NCBI GenBank assembly: GCA_035602755.1
Contig: DATNLR010000127.1
Location: 19,719-83,718 of the forward strand
Direction of reading: 5' to 3'
DNA: 64,000 nt
Source: Candidatus Binatus sp.
GTDB lineage: Bacteria; Acidobacteriota; Terriglobia; Acidiferrales; UBA7541
Under the pieces are notes generated by a model. That model searched no databases. It was not told where the DNA came from and was given only the letters and a program-made list of their open reading frames with translations. This document shows positions 27,459-40,254 of this stretch, in pieces (the first letter of the stretch is position 1; every line of letters begins with the position of its first letter). The position numbers and the translations under genes are program-made.

Positions 27459-27483
27459 TCGTCGCGGATTAGCGGCGTGACGG

Positions 27484-29427
<1,944 letters not shown>

Positions 29428-29442
29428 TTTATATTTGTCGCG

Positions 29443-30437
<995 letters not shown>

Positions 30438-30473
30438 TCGGAAATCCTTCCAATTGAAACGCAGAAAACCGAA

Positions 30474-31988
30474 TCACAACTTGACACAAATATTGTTCAG
30501 TTCAGAGTAAAAATTCAGCGAATGCATGCCGCCTTCGCGTCCAATCCCGGACAGCCCAGCGCCACCAAACGGCGTGCGCAGGTCGCGCAGGAACCAACAA
30601 TTCACCCAGGTGATTCCGACGTGCAACTTTTCGGCCACTCGATGTCCGCGCTTCAGATTTGTGGTCCACACAGAAGCGGCCAGACCGTACTTTGTGTCGT
30701 TCGCCTTGGCCACGGCTTCTTCTTCCGTATCAAACGGGGAGATGTGGCAGAGGGGCCCGAAGATTTCCTCTTTAACGCAGCGAGCCGATTCCGCCAGGCC
30801 GGTTAGGATCGTCGGCTGAATATAAAATCCGTGGTCCCGAGCGTCACCAAATTCCGGAGTGCCTCCGCCGGTTACGATTGTAGCGCCTTCCTTTTTTGCA
30901 AGCTCATAGTAGCAGAGGACTTTGGCGCGATGTTCTTTCGAAATCAGCGGACCAGTCGTCGTTTTGTTTTCCGTTGGCCATCCAAGTACCAGACTTTGCG
31001 CTTTTTGCTTCAACGCAGAAACGAAGCGCTCTAAGATCGGGCGTTCCACATAAACACGCTCGGCGCAGAGGCAGACCTGGCCCGTATTCAGGAAGACCGC
31101 ATCGGCCAGGCCGTTAAGCGTTTCATCGAAGTCGCAATCCGCAAAAACAATCGCGGCATTTTTCCCGCCAAGTTCAAACGAGATCGGCTTCACGGTGGGC
31201 GCCACCGCGCGCATGATGGCCGACCCTGTTTTCGATTCGCCCGTAAATGTCACCGCGTTCACATCCGGATGGCCGGTTAGAAATTCGCCCGCTGACCCGG
31301 AACCAAAACCATGAACTACGTTGAAAACTCCTGCCGGCACTCCTGTCGATTGCATCACCTCCGCCAGCAGAGTAGCAGTCGCCGGAGTTTCCTCGGACGG
31401 TTTTACCACCACGCAATTGCCGCAAGCCAGCGCCGGAGCGGTCTTCCATGTAAGAAGCAGCAACGGCAAATTCCAGGGTGTAATGACGCCGACTACTCCG
31501 AGCGGTTTCCGTACCGAATAATTCAGCGCGCAGACGTTGTCCAGCGTTTCCGTGCGAAAGGCTTCCAGCCCCGCGGATTTAACGAGGTCGGCAAAGATGC
31601 GAAAATTCGCGGCTCCTCTTGGGATGTCGATCTTCGAAGCAAGGGAGATAGGTTTGCCAGTATCCGCCACTTCGGCCTGCACGAAATCGTCAAATCGTTT
31701 TTCAATTCCGTCGGCGATTTTGTGCAAAATGGAGGCGCGGGCTGGAACCGTCAGTTTGCCCCAATCTCCGTCGAGCGCCCGGCGGGCCGACTCTACCGCT
31801 TGATTTACCAAGGATTCGTCAGCTTCTGAAACTTGGGCGATTACAGAACCATCTGCGGGGTTGATATCTGCGAACTCGCGTGGGCCGCGGACAAATTGCC
31901 CATTCACAAAGTTTTGAAGGAGCTTAGAGCAGGAGGTCACTCGTTCTCCCGAAGGCACCGAGGGAAGGCGGCAATCATCGAAGATCAT
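30474..31988 (-). CDS. NAD-dependent aldehyde dehydrogenase, probable 2-aminomuconate-6-semialdehyde dehydrogenase
   Basis: ALDH blocks VGVITPWNLPLLL, FTGESKTGSAIM, ELGGKNAAIVF, catalytic Cys in GQVCLCAERVYV, and EEIFGP. The start was moved to Met50 of the ORF (31988) because the longer ORF overlaps the upstream gene and encodes a non-ALDH leader. Confidence 0.85.
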   Translation of the reverse strand: MIFDDCRLPSVPSGERVTSCSKLLQNFVNGQFVRGPREFADINPADGSVIAQVSEADESLVNQAVESARRALDGDWGKLTVPARASILHKIADGIEKRFDDFVQAEVADTGKPISLASKIDIPRGAANFRIFADLVKSAGLEAFRTETLDNVCALNYSVRKPLGVVGVITPWNLPLLLLTWKTAPALACGNCVVVKPSEETPATATLLAEVMQSTGVPAGVFNVVHGFGSGSAGEFLTGHPDVNAVTFTGESKTGSAIMRAVAPTVKPISFELGGKNAAIVFADCDFDETLNGLADAVFLNTGQVCLCAERVYVERPILERFVSALKQKAQSLVLGWPTENKTTTGPLISKEHRAKVLCYYELAKKEGATIVTGGGTPEFGDARDHGFYIQPTILTGLAESARCVKEEIFGPLCHISPFDTEEEAVAKANDTKYGLAASVWTTNLKRGHRVAEKLHVGITWVNCWFLRDLRTPFGGAGLSGIGREGGMHSLNFYSELNNICVKL

Positions 31989-32061
31989 TATACTCAACTC
32001 AAGAGAATTAATAGCGGGCGGGGGTCCATTCTGCGCGACTGGAATCCTGCGAAGGATTTTG

Positions 32062-32436
32062 TCAGACCGTGAATCGATCCAGAATAATCTTGGGATTATC
32101 CGGCGAAACCAGAAGCCTCTTGTTAGGAAATACAACCAGGACCATTTTTTGCCAGTCCGTTACAAATGCAAGAAACCTTCCCAGCTTCGCATTCGAGAAA
32201 TAACCGTAAGGTTTGAGCGGCCAGCCGGCGCCGAACAATCGAATCGTTTTTCCAAAGCGAATATCTTCCTGACGAACGGGCATCGCGCCGCGCATTTCTG
32301 TGAGGTCATACTTCAGGGTGAATACCAGCGTTTTGACTCTTAGCTCGTTACCGATAATCGTGCACTCTCGCGGCGCAAAGGCGAGCATGCCGATAACAAA
32401 GAGGATTGGAAATGCGAAAAGAATGGAAATGAGCAT
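32062..32436 (-). CDS. Small membrane-anchored protein, bacterial PH-domain-like
   Basis: N-terminal TM MLISILFAFPILFVIGMLAF, followed by a ~100-aa beta-rich domain reminiscent of bPH-type domains (FGAGWPLKPYGYF, VLVVFPNKRLLVSP). Weak family recognition. Confidence 0.45.
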   Translation of the reverse strand: MLISILFAFPILFVIGMLAFAPRECTIIGNELRVKTLVFTLKYDLTEMRGAMPVRQEDIRFGKTIRLFGAGWPLKPYGYFSNAKLGRFLAFVTDWQKMVLVVFPNKRLLVSPDNPKIILDRFTV

Positions 32437-32497
32437 TGTCCGCCGCCGTCATTCGACTTGTATTTTTTCATAAGAATCGCCCGGCGGCTTACCAATG

Positions 32498-33271
32498 TCA
32501 GTTTTGGTGTTTACTGATTGTCTTCAGATATTCCTTGCCGCGTTCGAATCCGCGTTTGAATGGGCCGCTCTCGTGCATGCGCGGGTAGCGATCACCCAGC
32601 TCGCGATGGCACTGCTCATAGCTTCGGTCGCGGTTCTTGTGCAGCACGGCGGCCTCGAAGCCACAACGAAAATAGCGCTCGTCGTTTTCGAATTTGCTGC
32701 CGTCGGTCTCATATTTTTCCTTCTCCGCGTCGCGCAGACCCACCCACCACATTTCACGTGCACGATCAATGCTTTCAGCTCCGGCATGCTCCAGCGCGCC
32801 GCGCACCGCGTCGGCTTCGTCATCATCGGCCATTACTACGACAACCGTGCGGCCTTTGCGCAATGCATCCTCGTAGACGTACAGTTCATCTTCCGGCAAT
32901 CCTTCGAAAACGTCGCCCTCCAGCTTTCCGCCCACGGCTCCGCCTCCAACCGCACCGAGGGCTCCGAGTATCACGCCCCCCGCCACTCCAATTGCCAGGA
33001 CCGGGCCCACGCCCGGAATCAGAAAGCTCGCGATCATGGGAACCAGCCCGACGCCGCCGGCAACTCCCATCGCGCCACCGACAGCCGCACCTATCGCGGT
33101 ACCCATCCCTGGCTGTTCGCCTGCAACGGTTGGCACAGCCGCGACCTGCTGATCGGTCGCATGGGGCGTGAGAATCGTAACTCGATCTCGTGGAATCTCC
33201 AGGGGCACTAGCTCCGCCGCGCCAACCTCCGCATCCGATCGAGACTTGAAAACTCCAACGACGGCTTTCAT
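32498..33271 (-). CDS. Hypothetical membrane protein with glycine-zipper segment
   Basis: The preferred start MKAVVGVFKS has GGGAGG 5 nt upstream. The central segment GTAIGAAVGGAMGVAGGVGLVPMIASFLIPGVGPVLAIGVAGGVILGALGAVGGGAVGG is a glycine-zipper/TM region. The C-terminal domain is charged. The longer ORF to 33406 overlaps the thiolase gene. Confidence 0.5.
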   Translation of the reverse strand: MKAVVGVFKSRSDAEVGAAELVPLEIPRDRVTILTPHATDQQVAAVPTVAGEQPGMGTAIGAAVGGAMGVAGGVGLVPMIASFLIPGVGPVLAIGVAGGVILGALGAVGGGAVGGKLEGDVFEGLPEDELYVYEDALRKGRTVVVVMADDDEADAVRGALEHAGAESIDRAREMWWVGLRDAEKEKYETDGSKFENDERYFRCGFEAAVLHKNRDRSYEQCHRELGDRYPRMHESGPFKRGFERGKEYLKTISKHQN

Positions 33272-33392
33272 GGTGCCTCCCGTTCTAGTCCGCGTGATAT
33301 GACCGCAATTCGGGTCACTAAACCATACATTAGAAACTGTAGCAAGCGGCTCGTGCGATTCCCGGCGAGGGGCCTCAAAGAGCAGCGGGATT

Positions 33393-34598
33393 TTAGCAGC
33401 GTTCAATGATTGTGGCGATTCCTTGGCCTACTCCGATGCACATGGTACAGAGGGCATACTTCCGCTTGGTCGTTCGCAACTGATATGCCGCGGTCGTCAC
33501 CAACCTGGCGCCGCTGGCGCCGAGGGGATGTCCAATGGCAATAGCGCCTCCATTGGGATTCACATGCTCTGCATCGTCCGCGAGGCCCAGGTCGCGGGTA
33601 ACTGCGAGAGCCTGCGCGGCGAAGGCTTCGTTCAGCTCGACGAAGTCCATCTGCGAAAGTTTCAGCCCGGTTTTGTCCAGGATTTTCCGCGTGGCAGGTG
33701 CGGGAGCATATCCCATGATGCGCGGTGCTACGCCCACCACGGTGGTTGCGACAATACGAGCAAGCGGCGCGAGGCCGAACTTCGAAGCTGCCGTTTGGGA
33801 AGCGATGATTAACGCGCAGGCACCGTCGTTCACTCCTGAAGCGTTTCCCGCAGTCACAGTTCCATTCGGTTTTACGATAGGCTTGAGCTTCGAAAGGGCT
33901 TCGAGCGTAGTGTCTGGCCGCGGATGTTCATCCTGGTCAAAAATCTTAGGCTCGCCTTTTTTTTGAGGAATCGGAACCGGTACGATTTCTTGTTTGAAAA
34001 AGCCTGCCGCGTTGGCGCGAGCCCAGCGTTGCTGCGTACGCAGCGAGAAAGCATCCTGGTCCGCACGCGAAACATGAAACTCTTCGGCCACATTTTCGGC
34101 CGTCTCCGGCATAGAATCCACGCCAAACTTGCACTTCATCGACGGATTCACGAAGCGCCAGCCGAGGGTGGTATCGAAAGTTTCCATTGACCGGCTAAAC
34201 GGGGTGTCCGCTTTTCCCATCACGAAAGGAGCGCGCGTCATATTTTCCACACCACCCGCGATGATTAGCTCTGCTTCGCCCGATTTGATGGCGCGGGAAG
34301 CAACGCCGATGGCGTCCATGCTGGAGCCGCAAAGCCGGTTCACCGTGGAACCGGGGATTTCCTTGGGCAGACCAGCAAGCAGAAGGGCCATCCGCGCTAG
34401 GTTACGATTGTCCTCACCAGCCTGATTTGCGCAGCCGAAGACAACGTCGTCGAGGGCCATCCAATCCACTCGAGGGTTGCGTTCCATTAATAACCGCAAT
34501 GGAATGGCGGCCAAATCGTCGGCGCGAATCGATGCGAGAGCGCCACCGTAGCGTCCGAATGGCGTGCGTATCGCATCACAGATGAAAACTTCGTTCAC
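33393..34598 (-). CDS. Acetyl-CoA C-acyltransferase / 3-oxoadipyl-CoA-type thiolase
   Basis: Thiolase signatures: VNRLCGSSMDAI (active-site Cys), NASGVNDGA, NPNGGAIAIGHPLGASG and ALCTMCIGVGQG. Confidence 0.92.
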   Translation of the reverse strand: MNEVFICDAIRTPFGRYGGALASIRADDLAAIPLRLLMERNPRVDWMALDDVVFGCANQAGEDNRNLARMALLLAGLPKEIPGSTVNRLCGSSMDAIGVASRAIKSGEAELIIAGGVENMTRAPFVMGKADTPFSRSMETFDTTLGWRFVNPSMKCKFGVDSMPETAENVAEEFHVSRADQDAFSLRTQQRWARANAAGFFKQEIVPVPIPQKKGEPKIFDQDEHPRPDTTLEALSKLKPIVKPNGTVTAGNASGVNDGACALIIASQTAASKFGLAPLARIVATTVVGVAPRIMGYAPAPATRKILDKTGLKLSQMDFVELNEAFAAQALAVTRDLGLADDAEHVNPNGGAIAIGHPLGASGARLVTTAAYQLRTTKRKYALCTMCIGVGQGIATIIERC

Positions 34599-34710
34599 TT
34601 GATCCTCTCTAAATTCTGCTTCCAGTATAACTGACGAGGTTTACATTTCCACTTAGCGGCTCTCGATGGGTGGAAGCGGGATTTCCAAGAGCGCACCATC
34701 GGTGTAAAAT

Positions 34711-35118
34711 ATGCGTATGAGCGAAAAAATAAAAAAGAGTGATGCGGAATGGCGTTCCAATCTTACGGACGAGCAATTTGAAGTTACGCGCAAAAAAGGG
34801 ACTGAACCTCCATTCACCGGCGAATACGCAGACATGGAGAAAGAGGGCACCTATGTTTGCGTGTGCTGCGGACAGCCGCTCTTTAGCTCCGACGCGAAAT
34901 ACCACTCCGGCTCCGGCTGGCCGAGCTATTATCAGCCGGTCGCCGCCGAAAATGTAGAGATGCAGCGCGACATGAGCCACGGAATGGTTCGTACAGAAGC
35001 TCTTTGCAGCCGCTGCGACGCGCACCTGGGCCATGTTTTTGAAGACGGTCCCAAACCCACAGGCCTCCGTTTCTGTATCAACTCTGCCGCATTGCGCCTG
35101 GACGAAAAGAAGAAGTAA
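34711..35118 (+). CDS. msrB: Peptide-methionine (R)-S-oxide reductase
   Basis: Blocks [39 protein letters not shown] and GLRFCINS. Confidence 0.95.
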   Translation: MRMSEKIKKSDAEWRSNLTDEQFEVTRKKGTEPPFTGEYADMEKEGTYVCVCCGQPLFSSDAKYHSGSGWPSYYQPVAAENVEMQRDMSHGMVRTEALCSRCDAHLGHVFEDGPKPTGLRFCINSAALRLDEKKK

Positions 35119-35202
35119 AGCCTACTTTCGGCGCAGTCTTCCATTAAGAGTGCGAGCTGCGCTGTAGCGCCGATGGAAGACAATTGGTCCGTTCCGGCTA
35201 TT

Positions 35203-37965
35203 TTAATGATTTAGGAATATGACCTGAGGTTGAGGATCGCCCGAAGCCGGATCCGTTGGAATCATTCGCAAGCTACTTGGCGACACTACATAGAACACCA
35301 GATTCCCAGGGAAGCCGTTGATTTGGTTCGGCGTCAGCGTTCCGCTGCCATTAGAAGCCACCGTGTAGGTTCCAGCCAAAGCCTGATTGGTAGAAGGTGT
35401 ACTGGGTGGAATAAATTCATCCAAGGTGCCAGAAATTGTGCCGCCGCCAGTTGCATCCAGCTGGCCGATCATATTGACGATGTTGGTATCCGGTTCCTTG
35501 GGGGCGAAAAGGGCATAGCTGCCTTGAATGGAGGAGGCAGAGTAAGGCGCGCCGGTCTGCTGCTCAAGAAGGCCGTATGTGACAGCCGTATCGGAACCGA
35601 TGATGAATCCTTGGTTCGGGCCAGTGAGATAGGCTGCGGCCAGACGTGATCCTAGACCCGTGAATCCCACACGGCCATTCGACTGTACCTGGTAAGACCC
35701 AGACGAAGAGTTCGTGGTGACTGTACCGGCGTCATTTTGGGTGTAAGACACCGTCGCGCTGCCGTTGCCCAGAGTCGAAGCCAACAGACCGGCGAATACC
35801 GTCGAGTTCGATCCTGCCAACCCCGTGCCGCTTACCACTCCCGATCCTTGCAAAACAGTGTTCGTGAATTGTGTGGATGTGTTTTGAAGAAGCATCTCGC
35901 CGCTCAGCCTTGGAAAGGGATTGCTCACGGTGGCAACGTCTGTCTCGATAAAGAAAATTTCCGACGAGGAAACGAAGAAAAAGTCGAAAGTCAGAGTGAT
36001 TACTGCCCTACCGGGAGGCTGGAAGAACATACTTGCTTCACCTTCCGAACCTGACGAGAACACCGCAAAACTGCCGATCAGCGAAAGCTGGGAACTGTAC
36101 ACGCTTGCATCGTTAAAGTCACCCATCCCTGTCAGAGTCTGGCCGTTGTCAGAGAGCACTACTCCTGCCAGCACCTCGGGCGCCGCCAAGTAGTCCTGGC
36201 CGTTCAACTCAAACGCATAATTTCCACTGAAATTCGCAGCGGTAAATGTTCCCACAACAGGTTTCATGATTCCCGAGCCATGCGTAATTCCTACGCCGGC
36301 ATTGCCGGTTGTATCGTCCTCGATCACGTGCAGATTGAGGTTCGAATCGATGGCCAGCAAATAATTTGCGGTGAATATGGCCGTCTTTTGATTCGTTGCA
36401 ATCAACTGCATGGTGCCGCGTCCGTCCGTGCCCAGTGCGTAAGTGCCCGTCAAGGTCGCAGAAACCACGGCGTATGTAGCAGCACCCGGGTTCACCCGGT
36501 TGATGACTTCCTCACCACTTAAAATATTTCCATTTCCGTCGGCCGAGAAGTTAGCACCAATCAAAACAGTTCCATTGTCATCAAAGCCGTTGAACAGAAA
36601 GCTGTAAGAATTAATGATTAAACTGTTGCTGCTGGTCGTGCCTGTCGTGACGGTGATCTGCAGCTGCTGCGTTGCCTTGGCTGGGCCACCGGCGCCCTGC
36701 GAATTGTCCTGCACTTGGACGGTAAAAACGGAAGTGCCGGTGAGAATCGGAGTCCCGGTAATCGTGCCGGCTTGAGCATTCAATATCAGTCCGGCGGGAA
36801 GCTGTCCGGTAACTAGGCTCCAGGTATAAGGCTGAATGCCGCCGGTGGCGGTTAGGGTCCCGCTGTAAGGTGTGGCGGTCATTCCATTAGGAAGTGGCGC
36901 AGTGGTTGCTTGCAATGGTTGTGGTGTTTGAATAGAAATCACAAGGGTGCCGGAAGTAGCGTTTTGCGGCGGCACAGAGGAATCCTGCACGGTTGCTACG
37001 AACGGATAAGTACCTACGGTTGTCGGAGTGCCTGAGATTACGCCGGTGGACATATTTACAGCGAGGCCGGGCGGCAACCCATTTGCGGGTATGGTCCAAG
37101 TATAAGGCGTCACGCCGCCCGTGGCAGTCAAAGTGGCGCTATAAGGCTGGCCAATGAATCCGGGAGGCAGGATCGTTGTGGTAACCGAAAGCGGGGTGGA
37201 TGGGTTAATGGTCACGGTAAAGAGCGTGGACGTGACCGAGAGCGGCGGTAGTTGGTTGGGCACTTGAATGCCGCCGCGATCGGTGGCTTTCACATAAAAG
37301 GTGTAGGTTCCGGGCGTGGTCGGTATTCCAACCAAGTTTCCCGTCTGATTCAGCGTTAAACCGGGAGGGAGACAATTGTTCCGGTTGGTCGGGCATACCA
37401 CAGTGAAAACCAGCGGCGTAACGCCGCCAGTTACCAAAACTTGCTGGCTGTAGTTGACGCCATTGGATCCGTTGGGAAGAGTTGTAGTGGTAAAAGTCGG
37501 GGGCAGGACCACATTAATAGTTGTCGTTACCGTGACCCCGCTATCGGCGTTGGAGACTGCTTCCAAACTAACCGTCAGTGCAACCGAACTGTTGCTAGGC
37601 GCGGTGTAAAGGACCGAAGTCTTGGTTACCATGGTCAAAGTACCGCACCCGGTTCCCGCGCATCCTGTACCGGTGAGGGGCTTCCAGGTGACTCCCGCAT
37701 TACCGGTGTCATTCCCTAGGATCGCGTTAAATTGTATTGTTTGACCTTGATCGACTGTCTGGGATGTATTGGGCGTAACTTCCAGCGTTATGCCCGTGCC
37801 GCCGCCGCAACCAGCGAGAAATGAAACACCAAGTGAACACAGCAACACGAGAGCGAACAATCGGAGTCGACCTGGTTGCAAACTGAAATGGGAGCCTGCT
37901 ATCGAATTTCTGCGCTGGTGTGCAGCGGCTTTCGAAATCTGGGCATACGCCTTCAAAGTTGTCAT
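35203..37965 (-). CDS. Large lipoprotein with several putative Ig-like (He_PIG/dystroglycan-cadherin-like) domains and a ~450-aa C-terminal domain of unknown function
   Basis: Lipobox LSFLAGCGGG. Repeated LPPGL..N..TG.ISGTPT..GTY.F...V.D motifs occur at least three times. The remainder is Thr/Ser/Gly-rich beta sequence with no recognisable catalytic motif. Confidence 0.65.
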   Translation of the reverse strand: MTTLKAYAQISKAAAHQRRNSIAGSHFSLQPGRLRLFALVLLCSLGVSFLAGCGGGTGITLEVTPNTSQTVDQGQTIQFNAILGNDTGNAGVTWKPLTGTGCAGTGCGTLTMVTKTSVLYTAPSNSSVALTVSLEAVSNADSGVTVTTTINVVLPPTFTTTTLPNGSNGVNYSQQVLVTGGVTPLVFTVVCPTNRNNCLPPGLTLNQTGNLVGIPTTPGTYTFYVKATDRGGIQVPNQLPPLSVTSTLFTVTINPSTPLSVTTTILPPGFIGQPYSATLTATGGVTPYTWTIPANGLPPGLAVNMSTGVISGTPTTVGTYPFVATVQDSSVPPQNATSGTLVISIQTPQPLQATTAPLPNGMTATPYSGTLTATGGIQPYTWSLVTGQLPAGLILNAQAGTITGTPILTGTSVFTVQVQDNSQGAGGPAKATQQLQITVTTGTTSSNSLIINSYSFLFNGFDDNGTVLIGANFSADGNGNILSGEEVINRVNPGAATYAVVSATLTGTYALGTDGRGTMQLIATNQKTAIFTANYLLAIDSNLNLHVIEDDTTGNAGVGITHGSGIMKPVVGTFTAANFSGNYAFELNGQDYLAAPEVLAGVVLSDNGQTLTGMGDFNDASVYSSQLSLIGSFAVFSSGSEGEASMFFQPPGRAVITLTFDFFFVSSSEIFFIETDVATVSNPFPRLSGEMLLQNTSTQFTNTVLQGSGVVSGTGLAGSNSTVFAGLLASTLGNGSATVSYTQNDAGTVTTNSSSGSYQVQSNGRVGFTGLGSRLAAAYLTGPNQGFIIGSDTAVTYGLLEQQTGAPYSASSIQGSYALFAPKEPDTNIVNMIGQLDATGGGTISGTLDEFIPPSTPSTNQALAGTYTVASNGSGTLTPNQINGFPGNLVFYVVSPSSLRMIPTDPASGDPQPQVIFLNH

Positions 37966-38436
37966 ATCACCTTGGATGTCTTTTTCAGATCCGCCCAGAC
38001 CGGTGGGTCAGAACCCGTTCTCGAACTATTCACGAAGAATGCGAAACAAATTGAATAACAAAACGGCCTCAAAGTGTCAACGCACATCTCCTGAGGTCGC
38101 GGCTGCATTGCGGTTAACCATTTGCATGGCCTGTGGCTTGGACTCGTCGGACATCCGCAGTCGAGGGACAAGCCCTTTCATCAGCCTTCTGGATGCGACT
38201 AATCCACAGGTCGTTGCCTGCTATCTGCTTGGCTGGCTTGTCGCAGAACTGCGGATTCGCTTCGGAAGGCCACAACTTTTCCGTGCCTTCATGGCATCTC
38301 ATAGAGGTAATGTCCGCCGGCTATTAACATCCACGGAAAGCGAGCCGCAGCATTTTCAATTTTAGTCCGTCTTTAGTATAAAGGTTGATTCGGAAGCACA
38401 TGCCAGGCGGCTGCGTGTCTGATCAGGAGGAATAAG

Positions 38437-39396
38437 TTGATCGAGGTTCAGGATTTGACGAAATCTTACGGCGCGGTGAAAGCCGTGGATGACGTTTCGT
38501 TTACCGTAAACAAAGGCGAGATTCTCGGTTTCCTGGGACCTAATGGAGCCGGCAAAACTACCACCATGCGCATTTTGACGGGCTATATGCCCGCTACATC
38601 AGGCACCGCACGTGTCGCCGGGTTCGATGTTTTCCGCGACTCCATGCAAGTCCGCCGTCACATCGGTTACTTGCCCGAAAATCCCCCGGTCTACCCGGAC
38701 ATGACGGTGGAGGCTTATCTAGACTTTGTCGCTCGTATCAAGAACGTCCCGGCCGAGCGGCGAGTGGTACGCATAGACGACGCGCTCGGAAAGACGAACC
38801 TGGAAGACCGGCGGTCAGAGTTAATCAAAAGGTTGTCGCGCGGTTACAAGCAGCGTGTAGGCATCGCGCAAGCGCTGGTGCATGATCCTGACGTGATTAT
38901 TCTGGACGAACCGACCGTAGGGCTGGACCCCAAACAAATAATAGAAGTCCGTAACTTGATCAAGGGCCTTGCGGGAAACCACACGATTATTCTGTCCACG
39001 CACATACTTCCGGAAGTGAGCATGACTTGCGACCGCGTGGTAATCATCAACAAGGGGAAAATCGTGGCGGTGGACACTCCGCAGAACCTCACCTCCCAAC
39101 TAAAGGGTGGGCAGAAAATTCGTATCGAGGTGGAGGCCCCGGAAAGACGTCTTCGCGAAGTGCTGGCTCAAATTCCTGGGGCCAGCCGCGTGGAGGTTGA
39201 GCCAGAACGCGCGGGGGAGCGCCTGGCGGTTACCGTGGAAGCGGCGCAAGGGAAGGACATCCGCAGCGACATCGCGGCGAAAATTGCCCAAAACGGCTGG
39301 CCACTTTTCGAGTTGCGTGGAGTTAGTTTAAGCCTGGAAGACATCTTCCTCGAGCTAACCACGGACGACGCTACGCACGCGCAGCCATCCAACTAA
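38437..39396 (+). CDS. ABC transporter ATP-binding protein (ABC-2/GldA-like)
   Basis: Walker A GPNGAGKTT, signature LSRGYKQRV, Walker B VIILDEPTVGLD and H-loop STHIL. TTG start preceded by AGGAGG. Confidence 0.9.
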   Translation: MIEVQDLTKSYGAVKAVDDVSFTVNKGEILGFLGPNGAGKTTTMRILTGYMPATSGTARVAGFDVFRDSMQVRRHIGYLPENPPVYPDMTVEAYLDFVARIKNVPAERRVVRIDDALGKTNLEDRRSELIKRLSRGYKQRVGIAQALVHDPDVIILDEPTVGLDPKQIIEVRNLIKGLAGNHTIILSTHILPEVSMTCDRVVIINKGKIVAVDTPQNLTSQLKGGQKIRIEVEAPERRLREVLAQIPGASRVEVEPERAGERLAVTVEAAQGKDIRSDIAAKIAQNGWPLFELRGVSLSLEDIFLELTTDDATHAQPSN

Positions 39397-39426
39397 TCAA
39401 AACGCACGGTAGGATTGGAGAGAACG

Positions 39427-40212
39427 ATGCACGGTTTGTACGCAATTTACCGCAAAGAGATGGGCCATTACTTTGTTTCGCCCATCGCCTATATCTTTAT
39501 CGGACTTTTTCTGATTTTGAGCGCGTTTTTCTTCAACGTGATTCTGTCCGAAGTAATCAAACAATCTTTTCAGATGGAAATGCAAAGCATGCAGTTTGGG
39601 CAGCCCTCCAGTTTTGACGTTCCGGCATCCGTCCTGCGCAGTTTCTTTGGATTGCTCTCCACATTGATTTTATTTTTCACGCCGATTCTGACCATGAGCG
39701 TTTATGCGGAGGAGCGCAAGCGCGGCACGATGGAGCTGCTGATGACCTCTCCGGTCAGCGAACTGGAAATTGTGCTAGGGAAATTTCTGGCTTCGCTGTC
39801 CTTGTTCGCCATCATGTTGCTGCCCACCGCCAGTTACCTGATTTTCATGGTTCTGCGCAGTGAGCCAATGTTGCCCTGGCGCATGTTGCTGGCCGGATAT
39901 GCCGGAGTCCTGCTGCTCGGCGGATCGTTGCTGGCTTTGGGATCTTTTGTTTCTTCCCTAACCGAAAATCAGTTGATCGCCGCGGTGATCACTTTCGCTG
40001 CCTCTTTATTTATTTGGGTTCTTGATATCGCGCGTACCTCGGATACCGGGGCGGGCGCGGTGCTTCAGTATCTTTCAGTCATACGGCATTACGAGGATTT
40101 CACGCGAGGCGTGATTGATACTTCGAGCCTGATTTATTACTTCAGCTTTATCGTACTTTTCATTTTTTTGACGGTGCGCTCGGTGGATTCCATGCGCTGG
40201 CGCCGGGCCTAA
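39427..40212 (+). CDS. ABC-2 type transporter permease (GldF-like)
   Basis: Six predicted TM helices. IYRKEMGHYFVSPIAYIF and EERKRGTMELLMTSP are typical of the GldF/ABC-2 family. The ORF extends to a TTG at 39415. Confidence 0.8.
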   Translation: MHGLYAIYRKEMGHYFVSPIAYIFIGLFLILSAFFFNVILSEVIKQSFQMEMQSMQFGQPSSFDVPASVLRSFFGLLSTLILFFTPILTMSVYAEERKRGTMELLMTSPVSELEIVLGKFLASLSLFAIMLLPTASYLIFMVLRSEPMLPWRMLLAGYAGVLLLGGSLLALGSFVSSLTENQLIAAVITFAASLFIWVLDIARTSDTGAGAVLQYLSVIRHYEDFTRGVIDTSSLIYYFSFIVLFIFLTVRSVDSMRWRRA

Positions 40213-40254
40213 ATCGCAATTTGGGATTTGCAATACGATGGAGGAATTCGCGGG

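Noticed and set aside
32495-33211. 238-aa and 203-aa plus-strand ORFs opposite the glycine-zipper protein gene
   Set aside because: They are Arg/Pro/Ala-rich translations typical of antisense frames in GC-rich DNA. The minus-strand frame has a good Shine-Dalgarno and TM/glycine-zipper logic.
34609-35034. 141-aa minus-strand ORF opposite msrB
   Set aside because: It is antisense to a gene with complete MsrB motifs.
37769-38365. 198-aa plus-strand ORF in the lipoprotein/ABC intergenic region
   Set aside because: Its 5' part overlaps the lipoprotein gene start in antisense. It has no Shine-Dalgarno and an irregular composition. The region is reported only as an unexplained gap.
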